Assembly (NCBI GenBank): GCA_021787335.1 | Contig: JAJYMC010000049.1 | Span: 14,053-78,052, forward strand | Direction of reading: 5' to 3' | DNA from: Bacillota bacterium | GTDB lineage: Bacteria > Bacillota > Sulfobacillia > JAJYWN01 > JAJZPE01 | DNA length: 64,000 bases | Part shown: positions 9,128-18,029 of the stretch, piece by piece | Layout of the letters: each line of letters begins with the position of its first letter | How positions within the stretch are numbered: the first letter of the stretch is position 1 | Position numbers and translations under genes: made by a program | The notes under the pieces: model-generated | What the model was told of the DNA's origin: nothing | What the model saw: the letters and a program-made list of their open reading frames with translations, nothing else | Database searches by the model: none

Positions 9128-10048
9128 ATGGAAGTCCTTGCCATCGGGACCATCGAAGATGTCCAGCCGATTCGGGACCGGCTTTCCTCGGAGTTTCGCT
9201 TCCTCGAGGAAGAGGGCCTGAGCGTGTCGGTCAGCGAGAACGACCGAGGGAACCTGCACTTCCTCGATTGCCGTCTCGGCGAGCACCGCAAGCTCAACCG
9301 CCGGGATGCCCTGACCTCCTTCCAGCACTATGTGGCCAACGCCCTCTCGGACGTGATCATCAACGAGTGGGAGCGGAACCTCATCCGCAAGCTCATCCGC
9401 ACCGGCTACTACTATTTCACCGAGGAAGAACAGGACTCGATCTACGACTATGCCCGGCGTGGCCTGACCGGCGAGGCCGGCGGCAAGGACGCCGAGGTCC
9501 TCTACAAGATCAACCGCAAGGGGCGCATTCTCGAGAAACTCCTCGAGTACCTGAAGGGCAACTCGGAACTGGTGGTCGAGGGCTTCGTGACCTTCCGGCT
9601 GCGCGAGTATGTGGCCGAGCTCGAGGAGGCGGTCGACCAGGCGGTCGACGACTTCCTCCTGGAGCGGGAGTATGACGAGTTCATCCGGCTGCTCAAGTAC
9701 TTCGTCGACGCCCAGGAGCCCAAGCTCGACCTGGTCCACGTCTTCCTCAACCAGGATGGTACGTTCAAGCTGGCCGATTCGCAGCAGAACGTGATCAACA
9801 ACGAATACCTCGAGGAGTTCGTGGCCGAGATGGTCGAGAGCGAGGTCAACTACGAGGACCTGCTGGTCAGCGCGCTGATAACGATCGCCCCGAAGACCCT
9901 GACCGTGCACACCCGAAAGACCGGCGACACCGATGAGACCCTGGAGACCATCCGCAACGTCTTCGGCGACCGGGTCAAGTTCTGCTACGGTTGTCTCCTC
10001 TGCGAGGAGCGCGGGCTGTTGAAGCCGGTCCAGGCCAAGGGGAAATAA
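9128..10048 (+). CDS. ytxC: YtxC-like putative sporulation protein
   Basis: 306-aa acidic protein of YtxC-like composition lying upstream of thrS as in Bacillus. Family assignment from memory of the YtxC family; not verified by search. Confidence 0.55.
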   Translation: MEVLAIGTIEDVQPIRDRLSSEFRFLEEEGLSVSVSENDRGNLHFLDCRLGEHRKLNRRDALTSFQHYVANALSDVIINEWERNLIRKLIRTGYYYFTEEEQDSIYDYARRGLTGEAGGKDAEVLYKINRKGRILEKLLEYLKGNSELVVEGFVTFRLREYVAELEEAVDQAVDDFLLEREYDEFIRLLKYFVDAQEPKLDLVHVFLNQDGTFKLADSQQNVINNEYLEEFVAEMVESEVNYEDLLVSALITIAPKTLTVHTRKTGDTDETLETIRNVFGDRVKFCYGCLLCEERGLLKPVQAKGK

Positions 10049-10062
10049 TCGACCGGACCCAC

Positions 10063-10093
10063 CGCCGCCGGGCGACCGGCGGCGTTTCTGTTC
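10063..10093 (+). terminator. Rho-independent terminator after ytxC-like gene
   Basis: gccgccgg-gcga-ccggcggc hairpin + gtttctgtt. Confidence 0.65.
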
Positions 10094-10175
10094 GCCGACG
10101 CCGACCCGGTGATGCCAGGCGTGGCAGCGGTCGGTGTTTGTGGGAATGCTATAGGCACCCACCACGCTCGGAAAG

Positions 10176-11273
10176 GTGAGTCGGAGAATGATCATTCGCA
10201 GTCAAGGCCGGCGTGGGGCGACCCGCGCCGTGTTCATCACGGCGGCCCTCCTGACCGCCGTCCTGGCGATATCCATGCCGCTTGCCGGCGCTTCGGTGGC
10301 TATCGCCTCGGGCACCGTCACGTGGGTCGACGCCGCGCGGGCCTCAGGCCCGGTCTGGGAGCCGGTCAAAGTGCAGGGAGTGAACGGGGTGGTGACCGAG
10401 TTCCTCTGGAACTCACGTCAGCAGGTTGCCGCCGCCGGTTACGTCGAACCGGGCGCGGGCCAGGGATCGCTGGCCGTGGTCCGCAACGGGACGGCCTTCG
10501 TCCTCGCCAAGGCCAGGGTGGACGGCATCATCGGCTGGTCGGTCGATGAGACCCTTCTGGCCTATATCATCTCCTCCAAGGAAGGCCGGCCGTTGCTCTG
10601 CCTCTATAACCCGGTGTCCAGGACCCTCGATTTCAACGATCTCCCGCAGAAGGTCACCGGCAAGGCTCGCGGCGGCGCCTGGGACGCGTCGGGACGCCTG
10701 CTCATCTACACCGATGACGCCCTCTTTGTCCGTCAGGGCACCGGCGAATGGGAGGAGCGGCCTTTCCCGGCGGGGTTCGCCATCCTCGCCGAGCCGCGCT
10801 TCACGAGCGCCTTCAGCGGTGGGACCGGGACCTTGCTGCTGGGCACGGCCAGCGGTCGCCTGGCCCTGTGGGACATCGAGAGCGACAAGGTCACGCGCGG
10901 CCCGCAGGTCGCCGGGGTGAGGACCGGCGGTGTCAACTCGCGAGGGAACCGGGTCTGGACCATCCGCCGCGGCCACCCATGGCGGCTCGACCTCTATGAC
11001 CTCGACTGGCGGTCACTCGGCCACCGCGACGGGCTGATCATCCCCGAGGCGGTCGCGTCGGTCCACGGTTGGCGGCTTTACTTCCTGGCTCGGACGCGCC
11101 GGCAGACCACCCTATGGGCCTGGAACCTGGCCGACCGGCGGCAATCAGCCGTCGGTCCGACACCGAGCGTGACCGGGCCCATCGGTCTGCGGATCTCCGA
11201 TGACGGCAGCCGTCTCTTCATCCTGACCGGGGCAAACCACGCCATCCTGGAAACCCCGGTACCACCCGAATAG
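10176..11273 (+). CDS. Secreted hypothetical protein (signal peptide; possible beta-propeller/TolB-like repeats)
   Basis: N-terminal signal-like hydrophobic segment (AVFITAALLTAVLAISMPLAGASVA), repeated Gly/Trp-rich beta-strand-like segments. Start codon uncertain (GTG 10176 or ATG 10188). Confidence 0.5.
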   Translation: MSRRMIIRSQGRRGATRAVFITAALLTAVLAISMPLAGASVAIASGTVTWVDAARASGPVWEPVKVQGVNGVVTEFLWNSRQQVAAAGYVEPGAGQGSLAVVRNGTAFVLAKARVDGIIGWSVDETLLAYIISSKEGRPLLCLYNPVSRTLDFNDLPQKVTGKARGGAWDASGRLLIYTDDALFVRQGTGEWEERPFPAGFAILAEPRFTSAFSGGTGTLLLGTASGRLALWDIESDKVTRGPQVAGVRTGGVNSRGNRVWTIRRGHPWRLDLYDLDWRSLGHRDGLIIPEAVASVHGWRLYFLARTRRQTTLWAWNLADRRQSAVGPTPSVTGPIGLRISDDGSRLFILTGANHAILETPVPPE

Positions 11274-11278
11274 AGGCC

Positions 11279-11881
11279 GTGGTCCTCCTGGCCTTGCCGG
11301 TCCTCGGGGCCGTCTTCGGCGCCCTGGCGGTCTTCGTCAGCATCAAGGCCCTCTTCTGGCCGGCTCAGCCCCGGCGCGTGCCGCTCTTCGGCTGGCGGCT
11401 GCAGGGGCTCATCCCGGGCCACCAGGAGGCGGTGGCCAAGGCCCTCGGACGGATGGTCGAGGAACGGGTGCTCTCCCGGCCGGACCTCTTCGCCCGCCTG
11501 GTCGACCCGGCCCTGCGGGCGGAGATCGTCGGTTCGCTGACCGTGGCCCTTGAATCGCGGGTGCGGGCGATCATCCCCGGGGTCGTCCCGGCGGTGGCCG
11601 CCGTGGCCGCGGCCGGTCTAGTCCGACGGGTGGCCGAACGCGAACTCGGCCATCTGGTCAACCGCTACCTGGAACAGCTGGCGGAACGGGTCGAGGGGGG
11701 ACTCGGCCTCGGTAAGCTGGTCGAGGAACGGGTGAGGGGGCTGACTCCCGAAGAGATGGAGGACCTCGTGACCGCCGTCGTCGGCCCACAACTCCGCCGG
11801 ATGCAGGTGCTGGGGGCCCTTTTCGGACTTGTCGTCGGCCTCGGCCAGGCCGCCGTCCTCTGGCCGTTCATGCGCCGCTGA
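11279..11881 (+). CDS. DUF445-like membrane-associated protein
   Basis: 200-aa ORF with N-terminal TM helix then helical domain (LVDPALRAEIV...GPQLRRMQVLGALFG) typical of DUF445/YheB-like proteins; assignment tentative. Confidence 0.5.
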   Translation: MVLLALPVLGAVFGALAVFVSIKALFWPAQPRRVPLFGWRLQGLIPGHQEAVAKALGRMVEERVLSRPDLFARLVDPALRAEIVGSLTVALESRVRAIIPGVVPAVAAVAAAGLVRRVAERELGHLVNRYLEQLAERVEGGLGLGKLVEERVRGLTPEEMEDLVTAVVGPQLRRMQVLGALFGLVVGLGQAAVLWPFMRR

Positions 11882-11927
11882 GGACCGCCGGCCGCTGAGC
11901 CCGTCGGCCGCTGAGCCCGCCGGCCGC

Positions 11928-11957
11928 TTGACAAACCGCATGGCCAAGGGATAAAAT
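11928..11957 (+). promoter_or_regulatory. Promoter of thrS leader (TTGACA - 18 nt - TAAAAT)
   Basis: Consensus-like hexamers read from sequence. Confidence 0.6.
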
Positions 11958-11963
11958 CCATCT

Positions 11964-12262
11964 ATAAAGTTTTTCCAAGGCTGTGATGGGGAGAGTAGGG
12001 AAGTAAGACCTCTCAGAGAAACGGGCCTGGCCTCGTGCCAGGGTGCGAGCCCGTTGAGGTCCGGCGGCCCGAACACCGCCCCGGAGTCCCTGGCGAAAGG
12101 CCGCTTGGCCGATTAAGCCGGGCGCGAGGCCGCGATACAGGCCTTCTCGAGTGGGCGGTCGCTCGGCCGGGGCTCAGCCGGTCGTGGCCGCCAACCAGGG
12201 TGGAACCGCGAGGAAACCGACCCCTCGTCCCTGTTGCCGGGACGAGGGGTTTTTGTTTTTCC
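11964..12262 (+). promoter_or_regulatory. T-box riboswitch leader of thrS (Thr ACC specifier candidate; terminator 12221-12260)
   Basis: Conserved T-box sequence AACCAGGGTGGAACCGCG at 12193-12210, immediately followed by terminator cccctcgtccc...gggacgagggg + tttttgttttt. GAGAG/AGAGA element near 11989; ACC present in a candidate specifier region (cgaacACCgcc). Confidence 0.8.
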
Positions 12263-12300
12263 TTCGCCCCGGGACTGCGCCGGATCAAGGAGGGATACCC

Positions 12301-14232
12301 GTGGAACAGATCCAGATCACGTTTCCCGACGGATCCAAGCGAGAGTACCCGAAGGGGGTCAAGCCGGGCGAGATCGCCGCTTCGCTGAGCCAGAAGCTGG
12401 CCAAGAACGCCCTGGCGGCCAAGGTCGGCGACAAGCTGGTCGACCTCAACCGCCCCATCAACGGTGACGCCGCGCTGCAACTGGTCACCTTCGAGTCACC
12501 GGAGGGCCAGGCGGTGTACCGGCACACGGCCGCCCACGTCCTGGCCCAGGCGGTCAAGCGCCTCTTCCCGGAGGCCCGGCTGACCATCGGCCCGGCCATC
12601 GAGGACGGCTTCTACTACGACTTCGACGTCGAGAAGCCGTTCACGCCGGAGGACCTCGACAAGATCGAGGCCGAGATGAGGAAGATCATCCAGGAGAACC
12701 TGCCCCTCGAACGCTCGGAGGTCAGCCGGAAGGAGGCCGTCGCCCTCTTCAAGAAGGCCGGCGAGCCCTACAAGGTCGAACTGGCCGAGGAGTTGCCGGA
12801 GGGGGAGATCATCACCCTTTACCGGCAGGACGGATTCGTCGACCTGTGCGCCGGGCCGCACCTGTCCTCGACGGGCCGCGTCAAGGCGGTCAAGCTGCTC
12901 AGCGCGGCCGGGGCTTACTGGCGCGGCGACGAGCATAACCGGATGCTGCAGCGCATCTACGGGACGGCCTTCGAGGCCCAGAAGGACCTCGACGAGTACC
13001 TCCACAAGCTGGAGGAGGCCAAGCGGCGCGACCACCGGCGCCTCGGCAAGGAGCTCGACATCTTCTCCATCCACGAGGAAGCCGGCCCGGGGCTGGTCTT
13101 CTGGCACCCCAAGGGCGGCCTCATCCGCGAACTGGTCGAGAACTTCTGGCGAGAGGAGCACCGCAAGCGCGGCTACGACATCGTCTACTCGCCGCACATC
13201 GCCAAGGTCGATCTCTGGAAGACGAGCGGCCACTGGGGTTGGTACCGTGAGAACATGTACTCGCCGATGCCCATCGACGAGGTCGAGTACCTCCTCAAGC
13301 CGATGAACTGCCCGTTCCACATCCTCATGTTCAGGTCACAGACCCGCAGTTACCGTGACCTGCCCCTGCGCTGGGGCGAGCTGGGGACGGTCTACCGCTA
13401 CGAGCGTTCCGGCGTCCTCCATGGCCTGCTCCGGGTGCGCGGCTTCACTCAGGACGATGCCCACATCTTCTGCCGCCCAGACCAGCTCCAGCAGGAGATC
13501 ATGGGGGTCATCGACCTGGCCCGGTTCATGATGAAGTCCTTCGGCTACAAGGAGTATGACGTCAAGTTGTCGGTCCGCGACCCGAAGAACAAGGAGAAAT
13601 ACGCCGGGTCTGAAGAAGTATGGCAGGCGGCCGAGGGTGCCCTCGTCGGGGCCCTGACGTCGCTGGGCATCCCCTACGAGGTCGATGAGGGTGAGGCCAA
13701 GTTCTATGGCCCGGCCATCGACATCAAGGTCAAGGACGCCCTGGGCCGGGGTTGGCAGGGGCCGACCATCCAGTGCGACTTCAACCTGCCGGAGCGCTTC
13801 GACATCAATTACGTCGGCGAGGACGGGGCCCCGCACCGGCCGGTGATGATCCACCGGACCGTGCTCGGCTCGATGGAGCGCTTCGTCGGCGGGCTCATCG
13901 AACACTACGCCGGGGCCTTCCCGATGTGGCTGGCGCCGGTCCAGGCGCGGCTGATGCCGATCACCGACCGGCACCATGAATACGCCCTCCGGGTGACCGA
14001 GGAACTGCGGGCGTCCGGCCTACGGGCCGAGGTCGACACGCGGAACGAGAAGGTCAACTACAAGATCCGTCAGGCCCAGGTGGAAAAGGTCCCGTACATG
14101 CTGGTCGTCGGGGACAAGGAAGTGGAGGCCGGCACGGTCTCCGTTCGCCATCGCGAGGCCGGCGACCTCGGCCCGATCAAGGTCGAGGACTTCAAGCAAA
14201 AAGCCAAGAAGGAAATCGAAGAGAAGGTGTGA
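12301..14232 (+). CDS. thrS: Threonine--tRNA ligase
   Basis: Full-length ThrRS: TGS/second-additional domain, class II core and anticodon-binding domain (HIAKVDLWKTSGHW, FNLPERF, RFVGGLIEHY). GTG start 12301 after GGAGGGA RBS. Confidence 0.95.
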   Translation: MEQIQITFPDGSKREYPKGVKPGEIAASLSQKLAKNALAAKVGDKLVDLNRPINGDAALQLVTFESPEGQAVYRHTAAHVLAQAVKRLFPEARLTIGPAIEDGFYYDFDVEKPFTPEDLDKIEAEMRKIIQENLPLERSEVSRKEAVALFKKAGEPYKVELAEELPEGEIITLYRQDGFVDLCAGPHLSSTGRVKAVKLLSAAGAYWRGDEHNRMLQRIYGTAFEAQKDLDEYLHKLEEAKRRDHRRLGKELDIFSIHEEAGPGLVFWHPKGGLIRELVENFWREEHRKRGYDIVYSPHIAKVDLWKTSGHWGWYRENMYSPMPIDEVEYLLKPMNCPFHILMFRSQTRSYRDLPLRWGELGTVYRYERSGVLHGLLRVRGFTQDDAHIFCRPDQLQQEIMGVIDLARFMMKSFGYKEYDVKLSVRDPKNKEKYAGSEEVWQAAEGALVGALTSLGIPYEVDEGEAKFYGPAIDIKVKDALGRGWQGPTIQCDFNLPERFDINYVGEDGAPHRPVMIHRTVLGSMERFVGGLIEHYAGAFPMWLAPVQARLMPITDRHHEYALRVTEELRASGLRAEVDTRNEKVNYKIRQAQVEKVPYMLVVGDKEVEAGTVSVRHREAGDLGPIKVEDFKQKAKKEIEEKV

Positions 14233-14233
14233 C

Positions 14234-14749
14234 ATGAGCAACATGAACCGCGAGCAGCGGCGGCACGACGCGCGGTCCAGGCGCGAGATGCTGGCCCGCG
14301 ATCGGCGCCGCCGCGGCCGCGGGCGTGGGGTGAGGCGCCCGGCCGGAACCGGGGGCGCCAAGGCCCCAGGCGTCCGGCCCGCCGGTCCGCCGCCCCTGCG
14401 GGGCGCGGCGGTCATGGCCGGCACCATGTTCGTCTGGACCCTGGTGATGACCGTTGTCAACCTGGCCGGGCTGGGCGAGTCGACCATCCTCATCCTGCCC
14501 ATCATGGTCGTGCTCTCGTTCGGCACCACCTACGTCGCGCAGAACTGGGCCAAACGATCCGTGCTCGGGCTCATCGGATTCGTCCTTTACGCCCTGGCCG
14601 AACTGACCCGGACCGGTTCGCTGCGGCTCGAGGGGCCGCAGGTGAACTGGTGGATTTACTTCTTCCTGCCGGTCGTTCTGTTCTATCTGGCGGCCATCGG
14701 TTGGGTCGGTCGCAAACTTCCAACGAAGGGCCAGCCAGGGGGTAGTTGA
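14234..14749 (+). CDS. Hypothetical membrane protein with Arg-rich N-terminus
   Basis: 171-aa ORF starting 1 nt after the thrS stop; 4 predicted TM helices; no family recognised. Confidence 0.45.
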   Translation: MSNMNREQRRHDARSRREMLARDRRRRGRGRGVRRPAGTGGAKAPGVRPAGPPPLRGAAVMAGTMFVWTLVMTVVNLAGLGESTILILPIMVVLSFGTTYVAQNWAKRSVLGLIGFVLYALAELTRTGSLRLEGPQVNWWIYFFLPVVLFYLAAIGWVGRKLPTKGQPGGS

Positions 14750-14874
14750 AGTTTTCTATTTTTTGGATTATAATTGACGTGCATCTAGGGGAAGGTTGAT
14801 TCGGCCGGTTGCCCGGGGACCGTTCCGTTGAGACTCCCAGTGCACATCCGTACCAGAGGGAGTGTGTTCCAAGA

Positions 14875-15171
14875 GTGCCGAAGACCCTGTATGTTGGCAA
14901 CCTGCCGTGGTCCGCTACTGAGGATGACCTGTCCCGCGTGTTCTCGCAGCATGCCCAGGTCGTCTCCGCCCGTGTCGTGACTGACCGTGAAACCGGTCGT
15001 TCGCGCGGGTTCGGGTTCGTCGAGGTTGAGGATGATGGCGCCCAGACGGCTATCGACGCCCTGAACGGTTTCATGTTCGGGGGCCGGCCCCTGACCGTCA
15101 ACGAAGCCAAGCCTCGCGAGACCAGCGGTGGCGGCGGCGGCGGCGGGCGTGGCGGCTACGGCCGTCGGTAA
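14875..15171 (+). CDS. RNA-binding protein (single RRM domain, Gly-rich C-terminus)
   Basis: RNP motifs LYVGNLPW and RGFGFVEV plus a GGGGGGRGGYGRR tail. Likely start is GTG 14875 (VPKTLYVGNL); the tracked ORF starts at 14809. Confidence 0.8.
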   Translation: MPKTLYVGNLPWSATEDDLSRVFSQHAQVVSARVVTDRETGRSRGFGFVEVEDDGAQTAIDALNGFMFGGRPLTVNEAKPRETSGGGGGGGRGGYGRR

Positions 15172-15204
15172 CCGTCTCGTTAAAAGAGACAGGTGACCAA
15201 GAAT

Positions 15205-15235
15205 GAAAGCCCCCTAAAGGGCTTTCATTTTCTTG
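15205..15235 (+). terminator. Rho-independent terminator after RRM gene
   Basis: gaaagcccc-ctaaa-gggctttc + attttctt. Confidence 0.7.
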
Positions 15236-15299
15236 CCGGTCCGAATCGGGCCGGTCTTGTTCCCGCTCGTCATGCGGCCGGCGCCCGCGGCCGAACCGC

Positions 15300-15540
15300 A
15301 TGAAAGGCTTGTCGGCGACGCGGTTCCATGCTATACTTTAGCTGTTTCAACCGAATAGCCGTTCGTCCATAAAGCAGAAGCACCCGCTTCTCACCCCCTT
15401 GCACCGGGCCCCGGCCGGTTGTTCAGAGGGTTCGCGGACCAAGTCTGGTCAATGCGTCTGTAACCGCCCTTAAACAGTGCGGGAAGAAGCGGGTTCTTGT
15501 AAGAGAACCCGCTTTTCTTTTTGGCGAGCGCATCAAACCT
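15300..15540 (+). promoter_or_regulatory. infC-rpmI-rplT leader (L20-type autoregulatory leader) with promoter TTGTCG...TATACT and internal terminator 15483-15525
   Basis: Promoter-like hexamers at about 15308-15340. Hairpin aagcgggttctc...gagaacccgctt + ttctttttgg upstream of infC, as in Firmicute L20 leaders. Confidence 0.5.
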
Positions 15541-15554
15541 GGAGGTGAAGGGTC

Positions 15555-16082
15555 ATCGCCAAAGACTTAAGGATCAACGACGAAATCCGGGCTCGTGAGG
15601 TGCTGGTCATCAACGCCAACGGCGATAAGCTGGGCGTGATGCCGCTTCGGGAGGCCATTCGCACGGCCTTCGATCAGAACCTGGATCTAGTCGAGGTGGC
15701 CCCGAGCGCCAAGCCGCCCGTCTGCCGAGTCCTCGACTACGGCAGGTTCAAGTACGAGATGGCCAAGCGCGAGCGGGAGACCAAGAAGAAACAAAAGGTC
15801 CTCGAGATGAAGGAAGTCCGGATGCGGCCGAACATCGAGGAGCATGACTTCCTGGTCAGGCTCCGGAGCGCCCAGAAGTTCCTCCGCGAGGGGGACAAGG
15901 TCAAGGCGACCATCATGTTCCGCGGCCGCGAAATCGTCCATGCCGATATCGGGCAGGCCCTCCTACGGCGGATGGTCGAGGACTGCGCCGATCTGTGCAT
16001 CGTCGAGCGGGACCCCCATCTCGAGGGACGCCACCTCATCATGATCCTCGCCCCGAAGCAGGCTCAGCAGCAGGCGGAGTAG
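15555..16082 (+). CDS. infC: Translation initiation factor IF-3, with a non-AUG start (ATC at 15555)
   Basis: IF3 N-terminus (I)AKDLRINDEIRAREVLVINANGDKLGV aligns with Bacillus MISKDMLINDGIRAREVRLI. The only in-frame codon with a proper RBS (GGAGGTGA, 6-nt spacing) is ATC. The tracked ORF starts at internal GTG 15600. Confidence 0.8.
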   Translation: MAKDLRINDEIRAREVLVINANGDKLGVMPLREAIRTAFDQNLDLVEVAPSAKPPVCRVLDYGRFKYEMAKRERETKKKQKVLEMKEVRMRPNIEEHDFLVRLRSAQKFLREGDKVKATIMFRGREIVHADIGQALLRRMVEDCADLCIVERDPHLEGRHLIMILAPKQAQQQAE

Positions 16083-16200
16083 CCGGGGCGGGCTTTGGAG
16101 ACGTGCCCTTTCGGCGGACCTTGGGCCCGGTGGTTAGCCGTGCGCCCGGGACGTCGCCATGATTTGTCCAAGCGTCGGTCAGAAGACAGGAGGTCGGGAT

Positions 16201-16398
16201 ATGCCCAAGATGAAGAGGCACAAGGGCGCCGTCAAGCGGATGAAGGTCACCGCGTCCGGGAAGGTCAAGCGGACCAGGGCTTACAAGGCTCACAAGCTCG
16301 AGGTCAAGAGCGCCAAGCGGCGTCGCTCCCTGCGTCAGGACGGCATGGTCAGTTCGGCCGACCGCAAGCGGGTCAGCAAGCTTCTGCCTTACCGTTGA
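16201..16398 (+). CDS. rpmI: 50S ribosomal protein L35
   Basis: MPKMKRHKGAVKRMKVTASGKVKR... 65 aa; AGGAGG RBS. Confidence 0.95.
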   Translation: MPKMKRHKGAVKRMKVTASGKVKRTRAYKAHKLEVKSAKRRRSLRQDGMVSSADRKRVSKLLPYR

Positions 16399-16460
16399 TC
16401 GGCCCCGAGGTTCACTGAGGGGTCCTTAGCGGCCCCAAGGTTCCAGGAGGTGTCTAGTCC

Positions 16461-16820
16461 ATGGCAAGAATTAAGAGAGGCGTAGCCGCCAGGAGGCGCC
16501 ACAAGAAGATCCTTCGCCTCGCCCGCGGCTTCCGGGGGACCAAGTCCAAGCTCTACCGGGTGGCCAATGAGGCCGTCATGCACGCGCTGTCCTACGCGCG
16601 GGCGCACCGCCGGAAGAAGAAGGGCGACTTCCGCAAGCTCTGGATCGCCCGCATCAACGCCGCGGCGCGGAGCAACGGGATGTCCTACAGCCGGATGATC
16701 AACGGGCTCAAGAAGGCCGGGGTCGAGGTCAACCGCAAGATGTTGGCCGACCTGGCCGTCAACGACGGCCACGCCTTCGGTCAGCTGGTCGAACGGGCGA
16801 AGCAAGCCCTGGGGGCTTGA
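16461..16820 (+). CDS. rplT: 50S ribosomal protein L20
   Basis: [26 protein letters not shown]... Confidence 0.95.
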   Translation: MARIKRGVAARRRHKKILRLARGFRGTKSKLYRVANEAVMHALSYARAHRRKKKGDFRKLWIARINAAARSNGMSYSRMINGLKKAGVEVNRKMLADLAVNDGHAFGQLVERAKQALGA

Positions 16821-16842
16821 GACCCATAGAAACGTAACGGAA

Positions 16843-16873
16843 AGTTGTGCCCCCGGCACAACTTTCTTTGTTG
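16843..16873 (+). terminator. Rho-independent terminator after rplT
   Basis: aaagttgtgcc-ccc-ggcacaacttt + ctttgtt. Confidence 0.7.
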
Positions 16874-16932
16874 AAGGAGGCTCCCGCGGGGGAGGCTCCG
16901 ACGCAGCAGGCTCCGACGAAGGAGGCCGGGTC

Positions 16933-17763
16933 ATGCGTTCCCTGGCGAGCCGACAGAACCCCTTCATAAAGGGACTCATGAAGCTGAAGGGCGTCCACGG
17001 CCGGGAGAAGGACGGCCGTTTCCTCGTGGAAGGCGTCCGCCTGGTCGAGGAGGCCCTCAGAGCGCGGGTGCCGCTGGAGGCGGCGGTGGTGGCCGAGGGG
17101 GCCGCGGGCGAACGCGGTGGGCGGTTGGCCGCCCTCCTCGTCGACCTGGAACAGGCGGGCGTAAACGTGATCGAGGTGCCGACGGCGGTCTTCCGCGAGT
17201 TGGCCGAGACGGAGACGCCGCAGGGCGTCATCGCCGTTGCCCGGGAGGGCGCGGCCGGGCGTTCAACCCCGGCCGACCTGGCCGCCAGGCCTGGAGCGGG
17301 GGGGCCGCCGCTGGTCGTCGTGCTCGACGGCGTCCAGGACCCCGGCAACGTCGGGACCATCCTGCGCTCGGCCGCGGCCTTCGGAGCCGGCGGGGTCGTG
17401 GTCGGCCAGGGAACGGCGGCCCTGAACCAGCCGAAGGTGCTCCGGGCGAGCATGGGGGCCGCCTTCAGGATGCCAACCGCCGGGGGCCGTGAGGCCGTCG
17501 CCGTCGCCGACGCGTTCAGGCAGGCCGGGCTGACCACGGTCGCGGCCATCGCCGAGGGCGGCGAGAGGCTGACAACCATCAACCTGCGCCGCCCGGTGGC
17601 CATCATCGTCGGAAACGAGGGGGGCGGGGTCTCCCAGGAGTGGCTATCCCTTGTTGACCGGAAGGCGACCATTTCCATGCCCGGGCCGACCGAGTCGCTC
17701 AATGCTGCCGTAGCTGCATCAATCTTGCTCTACGAGGTGGTCCGCCAGCGCAATTTGACATAA
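16933..17763 (+). CDS. TrmH/SpoU-family RNA 2'-O-methyltransferase
   Basis: SPOUT motifs LVVVLDGVQDPGNVGTILRSAAAFGAGGVVV and IIVGNEGGGV. Confidence 0.8.
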   Translation: MRSLASRQNPFIKGLMKLKGVHGREKDGRFLVEGVRLVEEALRARVPLEAAVVAEGAAGERGGRLAALLVDLEQAGVNVIEVPTAVFRELAETETPQGVIAVAREGAAGRSTPADLAARPGAGGPPLVVVLDGVQDPGNVGTILRSAAAFGAGGVVVGQGTAALNQPKVLRASMGAAFRMPTAGGREAVAVADAFRQAGLTTVAAIAEGGERLTTINLRRPVAIIVGNEGGGVSQEWLSLVDRKATISMPGPTESLNAAVAASILLYEVVRQRNLT

Positions 17764-17768
17764 CCAAA

Positions 17769-17798
17769 CTTGCCAGCCCGAAGAGCGGCATGATATAA
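17769..17798 (+). promoter_or_regulatory. Strong sigma-A-type promoter with extended -10 (TTGCCA - 18 - TGaTATAAT)
   Basis: cttgccagcccgaagagcggcaTGATATAATc read directly. Confidence 0.6.
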
Positions 17799-17841
17799 TC
17801 ATTCTCGTCGGAACCAAAAAGCGCGGAAGGGTAGTGAGGCA

Positions 17842-17931
17842 ATGGTCTTGATGGCCCAGTTATTCTGGAAAATCTTTGAGACCACCGGATCTATCACCGC
17901 CTACCTGCTCTACAAACGGTTCTCAATCCAA
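17842..17931 (+). CDS. Candidate 29-aa small protein (MVLMAQLFWKIFETTGSITAYLLYKRFSIQ) in an orphan mini transcription unit
   Basis: Lies between the extended -10 promoter (17769-17798) and a 17-bp-stem terminator (17952-17995). Hydrophobic/amphipathic peptide; could instead be an sRNA. Confidence 0.3.
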
Positions 17932-17951
17932 TAGATCGCTAAGCGCGGGGA

Positions 17952-17995
17952 GAAGGCGAACCACAGACCTGAGTCTGTGGTTCGCCTTCTTACTG
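17952..17995 (+). terminator. Strong hairpin terminator of the orphan mini-unit
   Basis: gaaggcgaaccacagac-ctga-gtctgtggttcgccttc. Confidence 0.6.
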
Positions 17996-18029
17996 GAGTG
18001 ACAAGGTCAAGGCCGTCCCGTCCGACGGA

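Noticed and set aside
8897-10195. 432-aa ORF on - strand
   Set aside because: Antisense to the ytxC-like gene and its terminator; acidic low-complexity translation.
12151-12300. N-terminal extension of the 693-aa thrS ORF
   Set aside because: The extension is the T-box leader translated by chance. The real start is GTG 12301 after a GGAGGGA RBS.
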